64,000 nt of DNA from Alphaproteobacteria bacterium (GTDB lineage: Bacteria > Pseudomonadota > Alphaproteobacteria > G963923945). How positions within the stretch are numbered: position 1 is the first letter of the stretch; each line of letters opens with the position of its first letter. The notes under the pieces were generated by a model that was not told the DNA's origin, made no database searches, and saw only the letters and a list, made by a program, of their open reading frames with translations. This document shows positions 44,867 through 55,470 of the stretch, piece by piece. The DNA lies in the NCBI GenBank assembly GCA_965199175.1, contig OZ240684.1, positions 1,643,288-1,707,287 of the forward strand. The letters run 5' to 3'. Position numbers and translations under genes: made by a program.

Positions 44867-46537
44867 GTGTCTGGTAGTTTTTTCCGTACAGCTTCCCTTC
44901 ACAATAATCGCATGCCCAAACAATCCATGATCACTTCTTCTGACCTCAATACGACTCCTGACAGCGATCATGGCGACAATGACAATGGTGATGATAACAT
45001 CGACCATCCTATCGATAGCCCTATCGGCGATAACGGTAATCATAACGGTAATAATATTGTCGAATACAGTGTCAGCGAACTCTCCCGTAGCCTCAAAAAA
45101 ACCATTGAAACCGGTTTTGGACGGGTGCGGGTACGTGGTGAAATTTCCGGCATCCGCCGCCCCGGTTCCGGTCATCTGTATTTTGACCTCAAGGACGAAC
45201 AGGCTCTTATAGCGGCTGTTTGCTGGAAAACCACTGTTCGGAAGTTGGCAACACTACCTGAAGACGGCCTGGAAATTCTGGCAACCGGACGCTTATCGAC
45301 ATATGGCCCGCAATCAAAATATCAGCTCATTGTCGAAAGCCTGAAGCCAACCGGGCAAGGTGCTTTGCTTAAGCTGCTGGAAGAAAGAAAGCAGCGTCTG
45401 GCTGCTGAAGGATTGTTTGCTCCCGGAAAGAAAAAACCTCTGCCTGTTCTCCCACAGATCATCGGTGTCATTACCTCTCCCAGCGGGGCCGTTCTGCGGG
45501 ATATTCTTCATCGTCTGCACGCACGGTTTCCCCGCCGGGTGGTCCTCTGGCCGGTCAGTGTCCAGGGCGAGACCGCCGCCGACCAGATTGCTGCTGCAAT
45601 CAGTGGCTTTAACGAATTATCGAAAAAGGACAATATCCCGCGTCCTGATCTGATTATCGTTGCCCGTGGGGGCGGCAGCCTTGAGGACCTGATGGCTTTC
45701 AATGCCGAGATCGTCGCCCGGGCGGCTGCAAATTCACATATTCCGTTGATTTCAGCCATTGGTCACGAAACCGATACCACCCTGATTGATCATGCTGCTG
45801 ACCATCGTGCTCCGACCCCCAGTGCGGCGGCTGAAATGGCAGTACCGGTACGCGCAGATCTACAAACCCAGATCAATAACCAGGGTCGCCGTCTGGATAC
45901 CCTTATCCAGTATGGAATGGAACGGCACCAGGGGAGGCTGAAACTGCTGGATCAAACTCTGCCCGGACCAGATCGTATTCTGGGCAATGCGGCACAATGG
46001 GCTGATGAATGTGGCGAACGCCTGGATGCGGCGGCGGCGGCTGTAAAACTCCGGGCCACCGCCGCCCTGGCAAAAACTGTTGCTGGATTACGTCCGGCCA
46101 TTCTGGAAGAACGTCTGGCCCGTCACCGGCAACGGCTTGCTGATCTCAATCACCGTATCACCACTGCTTTGGATACTTTCATGACCAGGGCGCATCACAG
46201 CCTCACCGCGACCACGGATCTGTTGGAAAGCTATTCCTACCGCAATGTTCTGGCCCGGGGCTATGCTGTCATCCGTGATCATCGCGACCATCCTCTCACC
46301 CGGGCCAGCCAGACCCATCCCAATATGAAAATCACCATCGAATTTGCCGATGCACCTCCCGTCCCGGCGCATATCGGGACCAACCCCCATGCGACCAAAA
46401 CCACCAACATGGCTTCTTCTCAGGAACAAAATCCAAAACCAACCCAGGCAACCACTCCCCAGACCGGGTTGACCAAAACCAAATCCACGACAACAACAAA
46501 CCCTCCCTCAAAAAATCCTCAGGGACGGTTGTTGTGA
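44867..46537 (+). CDS. xseA: exodeoxyribonuclease VII large subunit, with low-complexity extensions at the N-terminus (D/N/H-rich) and C-terminus (T/P-rich); the true start may be internal
   Basis: OB-fold plus the catalytic core (VITSPSGAVLRDILHRL..., ARGGGSLEDL). Confidence 0.85.
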   Translation: MSGSFFRTASLHNNRMPKQSMITSSDLNTTPDSDHGDNDNGDDNIDHPIDSPIGDNGNHNGNNIVEYSVSELSRSLKKTIETGFGRVRVRGEISGIRRPGSGHLYFDLKDEQALIAAVCWKTTVRKLATLPEDGLEILATGRLSTYGPQSKYQLIVESLKPTGQGALLKLLEERKQRLAAEGLFAPGKKKPLPVLPQIIGVITSPSGAVLRDILHRLHARFPRRVVLWPVSVQGETAADQIAAAISGFNELSKKDNIPRPDLIIVARGGGSLEDLMAFNAEIVARAAANSHIPLISAIGHETDTTLIDHAADHRAPTPSAAAEMAVPVRADLQTQINNQGRRLDTLIQYGMERHQGRLKLLDQTLPGPDRILGNAAQWADECGERLDAAAAAVKLRATAALAKTVAGLRPAILEERLARHRQRLADLNHRITTALDTFMTRAHHSLTATTDLLESYSYRNVLARGYAVIRDHRDHPLTRASQTHPNMKITIEFADAPPVPAHIGTNPHATKTTNMASSQEQNPKPTQATTPQTGLTKTKSTTTTNPPSKNPQGRLL

Positions 46538-46679
46538 TAGTTGTTATAAAGCTGGCTATCATAAAACCGGTTGGTATCATGCGGCTGTTATAAAAAGTGG
46601 GGCTGTTATAAAAGAACACCACATGACCCGGATTTCCTCTTTACAAAAGTTCACCCCATAATCAGATCAGCGCATCATC

Positions 46680-47567
46680 ATGCAAACAACATCTTTTCTT
46701 CGGTTGATAGTGATTTTCGTGATCACTGTAACCGTGATTGCTCCTGCTCAGGCTGATAAAAACATCCGGCCCCATAACGTCATCGGGCACCAGATCCAGG
46801 GTGGGTTGCTGACCGGATACGCCCCGGCCGGGAGCCGGGTTTATTTTGATGATCAGGCTCTGAGAGTATCCTCCGATGGCCGTTTTATTTTCGGGCTTGG
46901 TCGCCAGGCCGGACCGGATTTCCTCCTGACCATCGAAGGGCCGGAGGGAACCCGGTATCAAACCACCCTCACCGTTGCCCAACGCTCCTATGATATTCAG
47001 AGAATCGATGGGTTGCCGGATAAAAAAGTCTCCCCCAATGCGGATGATCTCCGCCGGATCAAAAGCGATAAAAATGCCATTCTTGAGGCCCGCCGGGGTA
47101 GTGAGAATACCCCTTTGATGATCACAACCGACCCTGATGGTGTGACCTTAAACTGGCCGGTACTGGGTCGCATCAGCGGAGTCTATGGGAGTCAGAGAAT
47201 CCTCAATGGGCAACCGCGATCCCCCCATCTCGGGATTGATATTGCTGCTCCTGAGGGAAGCCCTATTCGCGCACCGGCTCCAGGACGGGTTAATCTGGTT
47301 CATGATGATATGTTTTTTACCGGAAAAACAGTGATGCTGGATCATGGCCATGGCCTTACTTCGGTCTATGCCCATCTTGATCAGATTGCGGTTCAGGAAG
47401 GCCAGAAAGTCTCGCCGGGGACTCTGCTCGGCACGGTCGGTTCTACCGGGCGATCGACCGGGCCGCATCTCCATTGGGGGCTGCATTGGTACGGTGTCGG
47501 TCTGGATCCGGCTCTGTTGACCGGACCCATGCCGCCCCCGGAAACACCCGCAGATTCAACACCATGA
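46680..47567 (+). CDS. M23-family (LytM-type) peptidase with a signal peptide
   Basis: HxxxD and HLHWG motifs in the C-terminal domain. Confidence 0.8.
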   Translation: MQTTSFLRLIVIFVITVTVIAPAQADKNIRPHNVIGHQIQGGLLTGYAPAGSRVYFDDQALRVSSDGRFIFGLGRQAGPDFLLTIEGPEGTRYQTTLTVAQRSYDIQRIDGLPDKKVSPNADDLRRIKSDKNAILEARRGSENTPLMITTDPDGVTLNWPVLGRISGVYGSQRILNGQPRSPHLGIDIAAPEGSPIRAPAPGRVNLVHDDMFFTGKTVMLDHGHGLTSVYAHLDQIAVQEGQKVSPGTLLGTVGSTGRSTGPHLHWGLHWYGVGLDPALLTGPMPPPETPADSTP

Positions 47568-47650
47568 TCCGGCAGCATGACCCTATGAACAAACACCATA
47601 TGAATGAACGTTATGACCCTGTGTCGATACCAGATATCGATACCAGGAGG

Positions 47651-48664
47651 TTAGACCCAATGATCCAACAGGGCCTCTAAATCAGCCGGATGACGCCACA
47701 CCAATCTGACCTTTGAAACCATAATATGGTCGCGCAAATCAGCCGGTAAACGCACAGCATCTTTCCGGGTCGTAACGACCAGGGCCGCCGATTGTCGTGC
47801 CCGTTTCAGCAATGGCTCAATATCCTGATGCCGGTAAGGATGGTGGTCAGGAAAAATCTGAAATTCCTGGATTCGACACCCCATCTCTTCCAGGCTGCGG
47901 CGAAACTTACCCGGCAAGCCAATGCCACAAAACGCACACACTGGGCGACCAGACAAAACAGCATGATCGATTGGCTCCAAAGCGGCATGCAGAACCGGAA
48001 TATCCGGCCCGATGGATTCAGAAACTCCCGCCCGGTCTGATCCCAGTATAATCACCGCATCAGCCCGCCTTAACCCGGCTGTCAATGGTTCGCGTAACGG
48101 TCCGGCGGGCATCACCCGACCATTGCCGAAACCAAAATCACCATCAACCACCAAAAAAGAACCATCCTTACGTAAACCGGGATCCTGATATCCGTCATCC
48201 AACACCAGAACATCCGCCCCTGCAGCCACTGCTGCGGCTGCACTCTGTCGCCGGTCACGGCCAATCCAGGTCGGGGCGGTTGCCGCCAAAAGCAAGGCTT
48301 CATCCCCGACCTGCGATATGTCATGTCGTGCCGGATCAACCCGCTCCGGCCCTGTTAACCGGCCTCCATATCCCCGTCCCAGCATATGCGGTCGCCGGCC
48401 CCGGTCACGCAAACGATCCGCCAGATCCATAGCAACCGGTGTCTTGCCAGCCCCGCCAACATTCAGATTTCCGACACATAGAACCGGAACCCCGACCGAA
48501 GCCGGACGAACCCATAATCGCCGGGCCGCCGCACCCAACCGCCACAACCAACTCACCGGGACCAGACCCCGGGCACACAGCGATTCCGGCTGTCCCCAAA
48601 AATCAGGGGGATGCATTGCCAATTCCTGAAGATAATGGAGAAAGACAGGCTGATATCTGATCAA
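47651..48664 (-). CDS. lpxK: tetraacyldisaccharide 4'-kinase
   Basis: P-loop VGNLNVGGAGKTP. Confidence 0.85.
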   Translation of the reverse strand: MIRYQPVFLHYLQELAMHPPDFWGQPESLCARGLVPVSWLWRLGAAARRLWVRPASVGVPVLCVGNLNVGGAGKTPVAMDLADRLRDRGRRPHMLGRGYGGRLTGPERVDPARHDISQVGDEALLLAATAPTWIGRDRRQSAAAAVAAGADVLVLDDGYQDPGLRKDGSFLVVDGDFGFGNGRVMPAGPLREPLTAGLRRADAVIILGSDRAGVSESIGPDIPVLHAALEPIDHAVLSGRPVCAFCGIGLPGKFRRSLEEMGCRIQEFQIFPDHHPYRHQDIEPLLKRARQSAALVVTTRKDAVRLPADLRDHIMVSKVRLVWRHPADLEALLDHWV

Positions 48665-49895
48665 TCACCGGATCAAGGAGATCACAATGAGCAGCAACCA
48701 CCCGGTGATTGGCCTCTATAGCCGCCTGCCGGACTGAAGCAGTGCGCAACAAATCTGCCACCGCCAGAGCCAATGTCTCTGCATCATCGACCCGCCACAA
48801 AGCCCCTTCAGACTCAAAAGCAGATGTGACACCAGGAAAATTCCCGGTATGGGGTCCCATCACAAGAGCACAGCCAAGCTGGGCTGGCTCAATGGGGTTA
48901 TGGCCCCCACCTTTCACCAAACTCCCCCCGACAAAAGCAATCTCAGTGAGCCGGTAAAACAAACCCAGCTCGCCCAATGTATCAGCAAGATAGATATCCT
49001 GACCAGCTTCAGGGAGTTCACCCAAAAAGCGCCGGGCCACCCCAAGACCGGATTGACTTAAAGAACCGGCAATCGCCGGACCACGGTCAGGATGACGCGG
49101 GACAATAATGGTGAGGATGTCGGGAAAATCATTTTTAAGACGTCTGTGAGCAGCAGCGATCATGTCTTCTTCACCGCTATGGGTACTGGACGCCAACCAT
49201 ACAGGTCGTCCGGCTATATGCGCCTTCACATCAGCTGCGGATTGAGCACAATATGGCAAGGGTGCGGCAATCCATTTTAAGTTGCCTATTTTCTCTACTT
49301 TGCATGCCCCTAAGCTGCGAAATCGGTGTGCTTCTTCTTCACTCTGGGTGAAGCAAAAATCAAAGCAGGACAGGATACGCCGAATGGCTCCGGGAACGCG
49401 CTGCCACCGCCGACAGGAATGCGGTGACATCCGCGCATTGAGCAGCACCATCGACACACCGGCGTGATATGTCTGCATAATCAGGTTGGGCCATAATTCC
49501 GACTCCAGCCATACCGCAAGATCAGGCCGCCAGTGATCAAGAAAACGTCGCACCGCATATGGCATATCAACCGGTATATATTGATGAATAGCCCGGGATG
49601 GCAACCGCTTCTCAAGAAGCTGTGCGGATGTCACCGTGCCGCTGGTGATCAGAATATGCAGGGCCGGATCCATCCCCAAAAGCCGTTCCATCAGCCCCAA
49701 AGCCGAAACCGATTCACCAACACTGGCCCCATGAATCCATAAAAGCGGACCCGATGGCCGCTCCCGGCCGGCACGACCCAGCCGCTCCCCCAGACGGGCT
49801 GAATCTTCCTTACCAAGACGAGCACGACGACCCAATACCCATGGGGCCAAAAAGCCAAACCCTCTGGTCGCTAAACGATAGGCCCCTAAAATCAT
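48603..49895 (-). CDS. waaA: 3-deoxy-D-manno-octulosonic acid (Kdo) transferase
   Basis: 430 aa; GT30 family; adjacent to lpxK. Confidence 0.85.
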   Translation of the reverse strand: MILGAYRLATRGFGFLAPWVLGRRARLGKEDSARLGERLGRAGRERPSGPLLWIHGASVGESVSALGLMERLLGMDPALHILITSGTVTSAQLLEKRLPSRAIHQYIPVDMPYAVRRFLDHWRPDLAVWLESELWPNLIMQTYHAGVSMVLLNARMSPHSCRRWQRVPGAIRRILSCFDFCFTQSEEEAHRFRSLGACKVEKIGNLKWIAAPLPYCAQSAADVKAHIAGRPVWLASSTHSGEEDMIAAAHRRLKNDFPDILTIIVPRHPDRGPAIAGSLSQSGLGVARRFLGELPEAGQDIYLADTLGELGLFYRLTEIAFVGGSLVKGGGHNPIEPAQLGCALVMGPHTGNFPGVTSAFESEGALWRVDDAETLALAVADLLRTASVRQAAIEANHRVVAAHCDLLDPVIDQISACLSPLSSGIGNASP

Positions 49896-50680
49896 AGGCG
49901 TTTCTTATCAGAACCGTCTCTGTTTTCTTGCCGGTGTTTGCCAGAACTCCATTCTCCCTCCTCAGGTGCCACGGTTAATCGACCGGTCAAATGATCCGCC
50001 CGCGCGGTCAGACGATTGAGCGACTCCTCAAGCATACGCACACAGCCCATTGCTGTTTGCTCATCAGCATCTCGCGGAACCCGGATCGGTTCCCCCCAAA
50101 GAATCACCCCATAAGCCAGAGGAAACGGAATTAAAAAGCGGTCCCAGCTTGTTGCCAGACGACCCCGCGACAGACCATAGGTTGCCGGGACCAAAGGAGC
50201 ACCAGATATCCGGGCAAGTGCAACCGCCCCCATTGATGCCCGCATACGCGGTCCGCGTGGCCCATCAGGTGTGATGCCAACACAGTGGCCGGCACGCAAA
50301 CAAGAGATCAAACGGCGCAAAGCCGATGCCCCATTTTTATTGGTTGATCCGGCAACCGTCTCAATCCCAAAATGGCCGACTGTCCGGGCAATCAACTGCC
50401 CGTCGGCATGTTGGGAGATCAACATATGGATCGGTTGGTGGTCAGGCCAACAATACGGCATCATGGCCAAACGGCCATGCCAGAAACATAAAATAAATGG
50501 CTGGCCACGTTCCCATAAAGCAGCCGGTCGCCACCCCCCCAATATACGCCAGCGTCCGGTCAGCCAACACAGACCAATAAACCGGGCCACCAACCAACAT
50601 AAAATTCCATGCCCGCATCGCCGCCATAAAGCGACACTTGCTTTCTTAAAAGGACCCTTCCAAAAAGCCTTCATCATCAT
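49892..50680 (-). CDS. DUF374-family lysophospholipid acyltransferase-like protein
   Basis: 262 aa; context is the waaA-lpxK lipid A cluster; family assignment by resemblance. Confidence 0.65.
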   Translation of the reverse strand: MMMKAFWKGPFKKASVALWRRCGHGILCWLVARFIGLCWLTGRWRILGGWRPAALWERGQPFILCFWHGRLAMMPYCWPDHQPIHMLISQHADGQLIARTVGHFGIETVAGSTNKNGASALRRLISCLRAGHCVGITPDGPRGPRMRASMGAVALARISGAPLVPATYGLSRGRLATSWDRFLIPFPLAYGVILWGEPIRVPRDADEQTAMGCVRMLEESLNRLTARADHLTGRLTVAPEEGEWSSGKHRQENRDGSDKKRL

Positions 50681-52692
50681 GGATCAATAACTTTCATTTC
50701 CCGCCGGTGCATATCCGGAGAAGATTTTTGAGCACCTCCATCACCTGCTGAAGGATCACTGTCTTCCTGGTCCTCAGCGGAGTGATGAAATTGCATCCGG
50801 CACAGCCTGGCATATAAGCCACCGCGACTCTGAAGCGCATCATGAGAACCCATCTCAATAATGCGACCCTGGTCAAAAACGACAATCGTATCAGCCTTAC
50901 GCACCGTGGAAAGACGGTGGGCAATGACCACCGTGGTCCGCCCTATGGTCAACTGACTGAGAGCCGATTGGATCGTATCTTCTGATTGTGAGTCGAGAGC
51001 CGATGTCGCTTCATCAAGCAATAAAATCGGCGCGTCCTTAAAAAAAGCCCGGGCAATGGCAATCCGTTGTCTTTGACCACCCGATAGCCGCACACCCCGC
51101 TCTCCCAACCTGGTATCATATCCGTGCGGCAGAGCACGAATAAATTCATCAGCAGCCGCTTTCTTAGCCGCCGCAACAATAGCATCATGGTCGGCCGCAT
51201 TCTGCCCATAGGCGATATTGGCGGCAACCGTTGTATCGAATAACCCAATATCCTGACTCACCAACGCAATACGGGATCGTAAATCAGCGATTTTAAGATC
51301 ACGCACATCAACCCCACCGACACGTACCACCCCACCGACAACATCGTAAAAACGTCCGATAAGATTGAGGAAAGTCGATTTACCACTCCCCGATGGGCCA
51401 ACCAAAGCCACCGTCTGACCACCGGGAATGATCAGGGAGACATCCTCAAGAGCCGGCAGGCTGACCGTCTCTTGACTGACTCTACTGGCTCTCTCCTGAC
51501 TGACCTTCTCTGTATCGACCAGTTTATCTTCGTTATGATTTTTATCATCTATATTCTCAGAATCATAAGAAAAGGTCACGGACTGAAATTCAATGCCAAA
51601 CGGTTTCCCATCAGCCTGCGGAAGGGCAACCGCATCAGAACGGTCCCTGATAGAGGGTTCCAGATCCAACAACGTAAAAATACGCTGGGCTGAAGCAAGG
51701 CTTCTTTGTAAAGAAACATTGATGGATGCCAAAGATTTCATCGGCTGATACGCCAACAGCATAGCCGTAATAAAAGAGGTAAAAGCACCCGGGGTCGTGT
51801 GACCAGCCGCAACCTGATACCCCCCATACATGACAATGGCCGCAATCATCACACTTGCGATGACCTCCATAAGAGGCCGGATAAAAGTAACCACCCGGAC
51901 CCCTTTCATGGATAATGAAAACAGTTCCTGAGCAGCTTTTGCGGACCGGGAAGTCTCGTAAGGTTCGGCCCCGTATATTTTGACTTCACGGGCATTCTGA
52001 AACACTTCCCCCAAAAGACCGGTGAAGGCAGCCATCTCTTTTTGATTGATCGAAGATAATTGACGCATACGTCTGCCGACCCGGACAATCGGAACCAGAG
52101 CCAAAGGAAAAGCAATAAAAGCAATACAAGCCAACCGCCAATCCTGAATAAACATCACCGTGATCAGGCAAACCACCACCAGGGAATCTTTGATCAAACC
52201 GATTGCAGCATTGGACGCCGCAGTCTCTAACTGATTGACATCACTGATAAAATGGGAAATAAGCCGCCCCGAAGACGTAACGGTATAAAACGCAAGATCA
52301 GACCGCATCAAATGGGAAAACATATCTTTGCGAAGATCCCGGATCACCCGATGACCAACCATGCCCATTAAAAACCGGCTCAGATAATCCGAACCCCCTT
52401 TGATCAGCGCAACACCAACCACAGCGGCCGGAATCCAGATCAACATATTCTGATCACTGGAAATCAGAACATCATCAAGAATAGGCTCCATCAACCAGGC
52501 ATTGGCACCCGTACCAGCAGCACTCACCGCCATAAAAATCACCGCAACAATCAATGGCATGAGGTAAGGACGCACATAATCAGCGTAGAGACGCTGCAAC
52601 AACATCATGGTGGTACGGGCTTCTTGGGAAGGGTCAGAGGACGCCTTCCTTACAGGAACAGACATAGCCGGAATTTGGGTCCTTGATCTCAA
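50677..52692 (-). CDS. msbA: ABC transporter ATP-binding/permease, MsbA-like lipid A exporter, with an insertion of about 35 aa between the TMD and the Walker A
   Basis: 6-TM domain, Walker A GPSGSGKST, signature LSGGQRQRIAIARA. Confidence 0.85.
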   Translation of the reverse strand: MRSRTQIPAMSVPVRKASSDPSQEARTTMMLLQRLYADYVRPYLMPLIVAVIFMAVSAAGTGANAWLMEPILDDVLISSDQNMLIWIPAAVVGVALIKGGSDYLSRFLMGMVGHRVIRDLRKDMFSHLMRSDLAFYTVTSSGRLISHFISDVNQLETAASNAAIGLIKDSLVVVCLITVMFIQDWRLACIAFIAFPLALVPIVRVGRRMRQLSSINQKEMAAFTGLLGEVFQNAREVKIYGAEPYETSRSAKAAQELFSLSMKGVRVVTFIRPLMEVIASVMIAAIVMYGGYQVAAGHTTPGAFTSFITAMLLAYQPMKSLASINVSLQRSLASAQRIFTLLDLEPSIRDRSDAVALPQADGKPFGIEFQSVTFSYDSENIDDKNHNEDKLVDTEKVSQERASRVSQETVSLPALEDVSLIIPGGQTVALVGPSGSGKSTFLNLIGRFYDVVGGVVRVGGVDVRDLKIADLRSRIALVSQDIGLFDTTVAANIAYGQNAADHDAIVAAAKKAAADEFIRALPHGYDTRLGERGVRLSGGQRQRIAIARAFFKDAPILLLDEATSALDSQSEDTIQSALSQLTIGRTTVVIAHRLSTVRKADTIVVFDQGRIIEMGSHDALQSRGGLYARLCRMQFHHSAEDQEDSDPSAGDGGAQKSSPDMHRREMKVIDP

Positions 52693-52694
52693 GT

Positions 52695-53561
52695 CTAAAT
52701 ATTAGCGTATTGCCGCGAAACCAACCGATGCAATGTCGGGTTGGCGGCCAGAATACTGGGATGGGGACGCTCCGCCTCGCCATAGGTCAAAGATCGCCCA
52801 TCAGCCAGAGAAGCACATCCACCGGCTTCTTCAAGAATCAAATGAGCAGCAGCAATATCCCAGTCATTTTTCTGAAAAATACTCAGAGCCAGATCGCCCT
52901 GACCTGCTGCCACCAAACACATCTTATAAGCAATCGAACTCACTGAATGAACCTCACAACCTTTCACTTCATTCGCCCTGACCAGATCTTGAAATTCCCG
53001 ATAGCTGACCAGAAGACGACTGCCTTCCAGAGTCCTGGCCTTGCCAACCGCCAGACGGGAGCCATTCATCCAGGAACCCTGACCGGAGCAAGCCTCAAAA
53101 AACTCATCAGTACGGGGATTAAAAACGGCGGCAAAAATTGGCCGCCCCTTCTCCACCAAAGCAACAGAAACCGTATATTCGGGGCGTTTCTGCAAAAAAG
53201 CCCGGGTCCCGTCAATGGGGTCCACAACCCATATGCGCGGAGCCTGAGCCAGATTGCCTCTCACCGGGCTTTCTTCAGATAACCACGCATAATCCGGACG
53301 GGCACTCAGCAATCGTTCCTGCAACAAAGCATCAACCGCTAAATCAACCTCACTCACCACATGTCGGGGTTCTTTTTCCCATTGACGCGGATTCTGGCCA
53401 AAGAAGCGCAAGGTTAATAAACCGGCTTCGTAAGTCGCAGCCCTGAGAAGCTTATGATCTTCTTCAAAAGAATTGTTGTCATGTGTCGCCGGATCAAACC
53501 GGGGGGTCGACTCCTGAAGGTCGGGGGTCATAGCGCTGACAAAATCATCCGATAGCGTCAT
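52695..53561 (-). CDS. inositol monophosphatase family protein (SuhB/CysQ-like)
   Basis: WVVDPIDGT motif. Confidence 0.8.
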   Translation of the reverse strand: MTLSDDFVSAMTPDLQESTPRFDPATHDNNSFEEDHKLLRAATYEAGLLTLRFFGQNPRQWEKEPRHVVSEVDLAVDALLQERLLSARPDYAWLSEESPVRGNLAQAPRIWVVDPIDGTRAFLQKRPEYTVSVALVEKGRPIFAAVFNPRTDEFFEACSGQGSWMNGSRLAVGKARTLEGSRLLVSYREFQDLVRANEVKGCEVHSVSSIAYKMCLVAAGQGDLALSIFQKNDWDIAAAHLILEEAGGCASLADGRSLTYGEAERPHPSILAANPTLHRLVSRQYANI

Positions 53562-53577
53562 ATCAATACCCCCTTTG

Positions 53578-54915
53578 TCAGTACCCTGCCACGGTCATAG
53601 AATGGATGCGTAAGGTTGGCGAATCGATCCCAAATCGAAACGTCAGGTCATTAGCTACCTCAAGCTCAGCAAACATTTCCTTAAGATTACCGGCAATCGT
53701 CAATTCTGAAACCGGATAGGCCAGCTCCCCGTCTTCGATCCAAAATCCACTGGCTCCACGGCTGTAATCCCCTGAGGTCATGCTCACAGATGAGCCCATC
53801 AATTCGGTCACATAAAAGCCCCCATTGCTTTTTGCCAGAAGATCAGCCGGGGATTGCGACCCGGCCGCAAAATAGAGATTACTCGGTGCCGGGTTTGGCG
53901 GCATGCCAACATCCCGGCTGGCATGGCCGGTACTCCCCAAACCGAGACACCGGGCACTGCCCAGATCAAGCAGCCAGGTCTCCAAAACACCCTCAGAAAC
54001 AAGCGTGCATGGCTGAGAAGGAAGTGCCTCCGCATCATAAGGCCGGGAACGTAAGCCCCGACGGCGCAGCGGATCATCAATGACCGAAATATCTGGTGGA
54101 AAAATTCTCTCCCCATGTTTTTCCTTCAGGAAGCTGGTCCCGCGCGCAATCGCAACCCCATTGATTCCCTGAGCCAGATGATTAAGGAAACTATTGGCTA
54201 CCCGGGGATGAAAAACAACCGGAACCCTACAGGTTGCAACCTTACGCGGATTCAGCCGTTTCAATGCGCGCTGAGCAGCCCCCCGGCCAATAGCCGCCGG
54301 ATCATCCAAATCCTCAGCATGGGTCGCTAAACATATTTCATAATCCCGCTCCATCCCGGTACCCTGGCCAGCCACAACCCGAATCACGACCCCATGACGC
54401 GAAACCGTATAATCACCATGAAACCCGTTGCTGGTCGCCAGAGCCATTGCACTGCGTTTCCATTCAACCTCAACCCCTTCTGAATTGGTGATTCCAGGAA
54501 CGTCAAGAGCTGTTTCCTCAATCACCTGCGCCCGGTTGGTCAATTCTTCATGCGGCGGTTCTCTGGCGTCATCAAGATCCAGATCAATCTGCCGGGAAGA
54601 TAAAAGTTCAGAGGTCGCCAACCCACAATAGGGATCTTCCGGCCCAGCCTTAGCCATCGCCACAGCTCGTTCAGCCAGATCTCCGAATCCCGACGGGTCA
54701 CAATCAGTCGATGAAACACAGGCTTGCCGGTTGCCAAGAATAACCCGTAAACCAAGAGTCGCGCTTTCGGCACGTTCGCGCTTTTCCAAATGAGTCAAAC
54801 GCTGTGCAATCGCAATCTCTGTCCTGGCGATAAAAACAGCATCTGCCTGATCAGCCCCGACAGCCCGGGCCTGGCACAGCAAATCACTTAACAGAGAGTG
54901 CGCATCCTGCTCCAT
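53578..54915 (-). CDS. pmbA: TldD/PmbA-family metalloprotease (PmbA/TldE-like)
   Basis: 445 aa; family-typical length and conserved C-terminal region. Confidence 0.8.
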   Translation of the reverse strand: MEQDAHSLLSDLLCQARAVGADQADAVFIARTEIAIAQRLTHLEKRERAESATLGLRVILGNRQACVSSTDCDPSGFGDLAERAVAMAKAGPEDPYCGLATSELLSSRQIDLDLDDAREPPHEELTNRAQVIEETALDVPGITNSEGVEVEWKRSAMALATSNGFHGDYTVSRHGVVIRVVAGQGTGMERDYEICLATHAEDLDDPAAIGRGAAQRALKRLNPRKVATCRVPVVFHPRVANSFLNHLAQGINGVAIARGTSFLKEKHGERIFPPDISVIDDPLRRRGLRSRPYDAEALPSQPCTLVSEGVLETWLLDLGSARCLGLGSTGHASRDVGMPPNPAPSNLYFAAGSQSPADLLAKSNGGFYVTELMGSSVSMTSGDYSRGASGFWIEDGELAYPVSELTIAGNLKEMFAELEVANDLTFRFGIDSPTLRIHSMTVAGY

Positions 54916-55166
54916 AACCGCCGCTCATTTTGATTGTTCTTTAATCATTATTGATTGTTCTTTGGTCATTATCATATTGGTCATTATCATAGATGTTTTT
55001 TTAATATTATCATTCTTGATTACTTGTTATCCAAAAGCCACTATTCTTTTCACCTATTCAGGTCGCCGGTACGAAAATCCTGCTTCCGGAAAATGTCTGA
55101 CTGGATAATCAGAACATCTATCGGGCCGACAGCATGCAATGAAAGGATCGTAAAGGAATCATCACC

Positions 55167-55397
55167 ATGACCGAAATATCGTATTTTGTCGTCGGCGGCG
55201 AATACACCGACACCCGGTTCGAGCATCTCACCAATGCTGCGCAAGAAGAGCGGTATGGTCCTTTTTCCAGCTATAAAGAAGCCCGGGAGATCTGGTCTCA
55301 ACATGCCTGGCGTACCGTTGATACTTGCTGTGCCCGTTACCGGATCATTGACGCCAACGGTAACCCGGTTGACGACCCACCCACCAGCAATGCTTAA
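55167..55397 (+). CDS. DUF4170 small protein
   Basis: 76 aa; YFVVGGEY...RYRIID pattern, typical of DUF4170. Confidence 0.6.
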   Translation: MTEISYFVVGGEYTDTRFEHLTNAAQEERYGPFSSYKEAREIWSQHAWRTVDTCCARYRIIDANGNPVDDPPTSNA

Positions 55398-55470
55398 CCT
55401 TCACTCTGATACCATTGGCTCTTAACGATTCGTGATTGATCCGGGAAAGAAACCCCAACCCAGGATGGGT

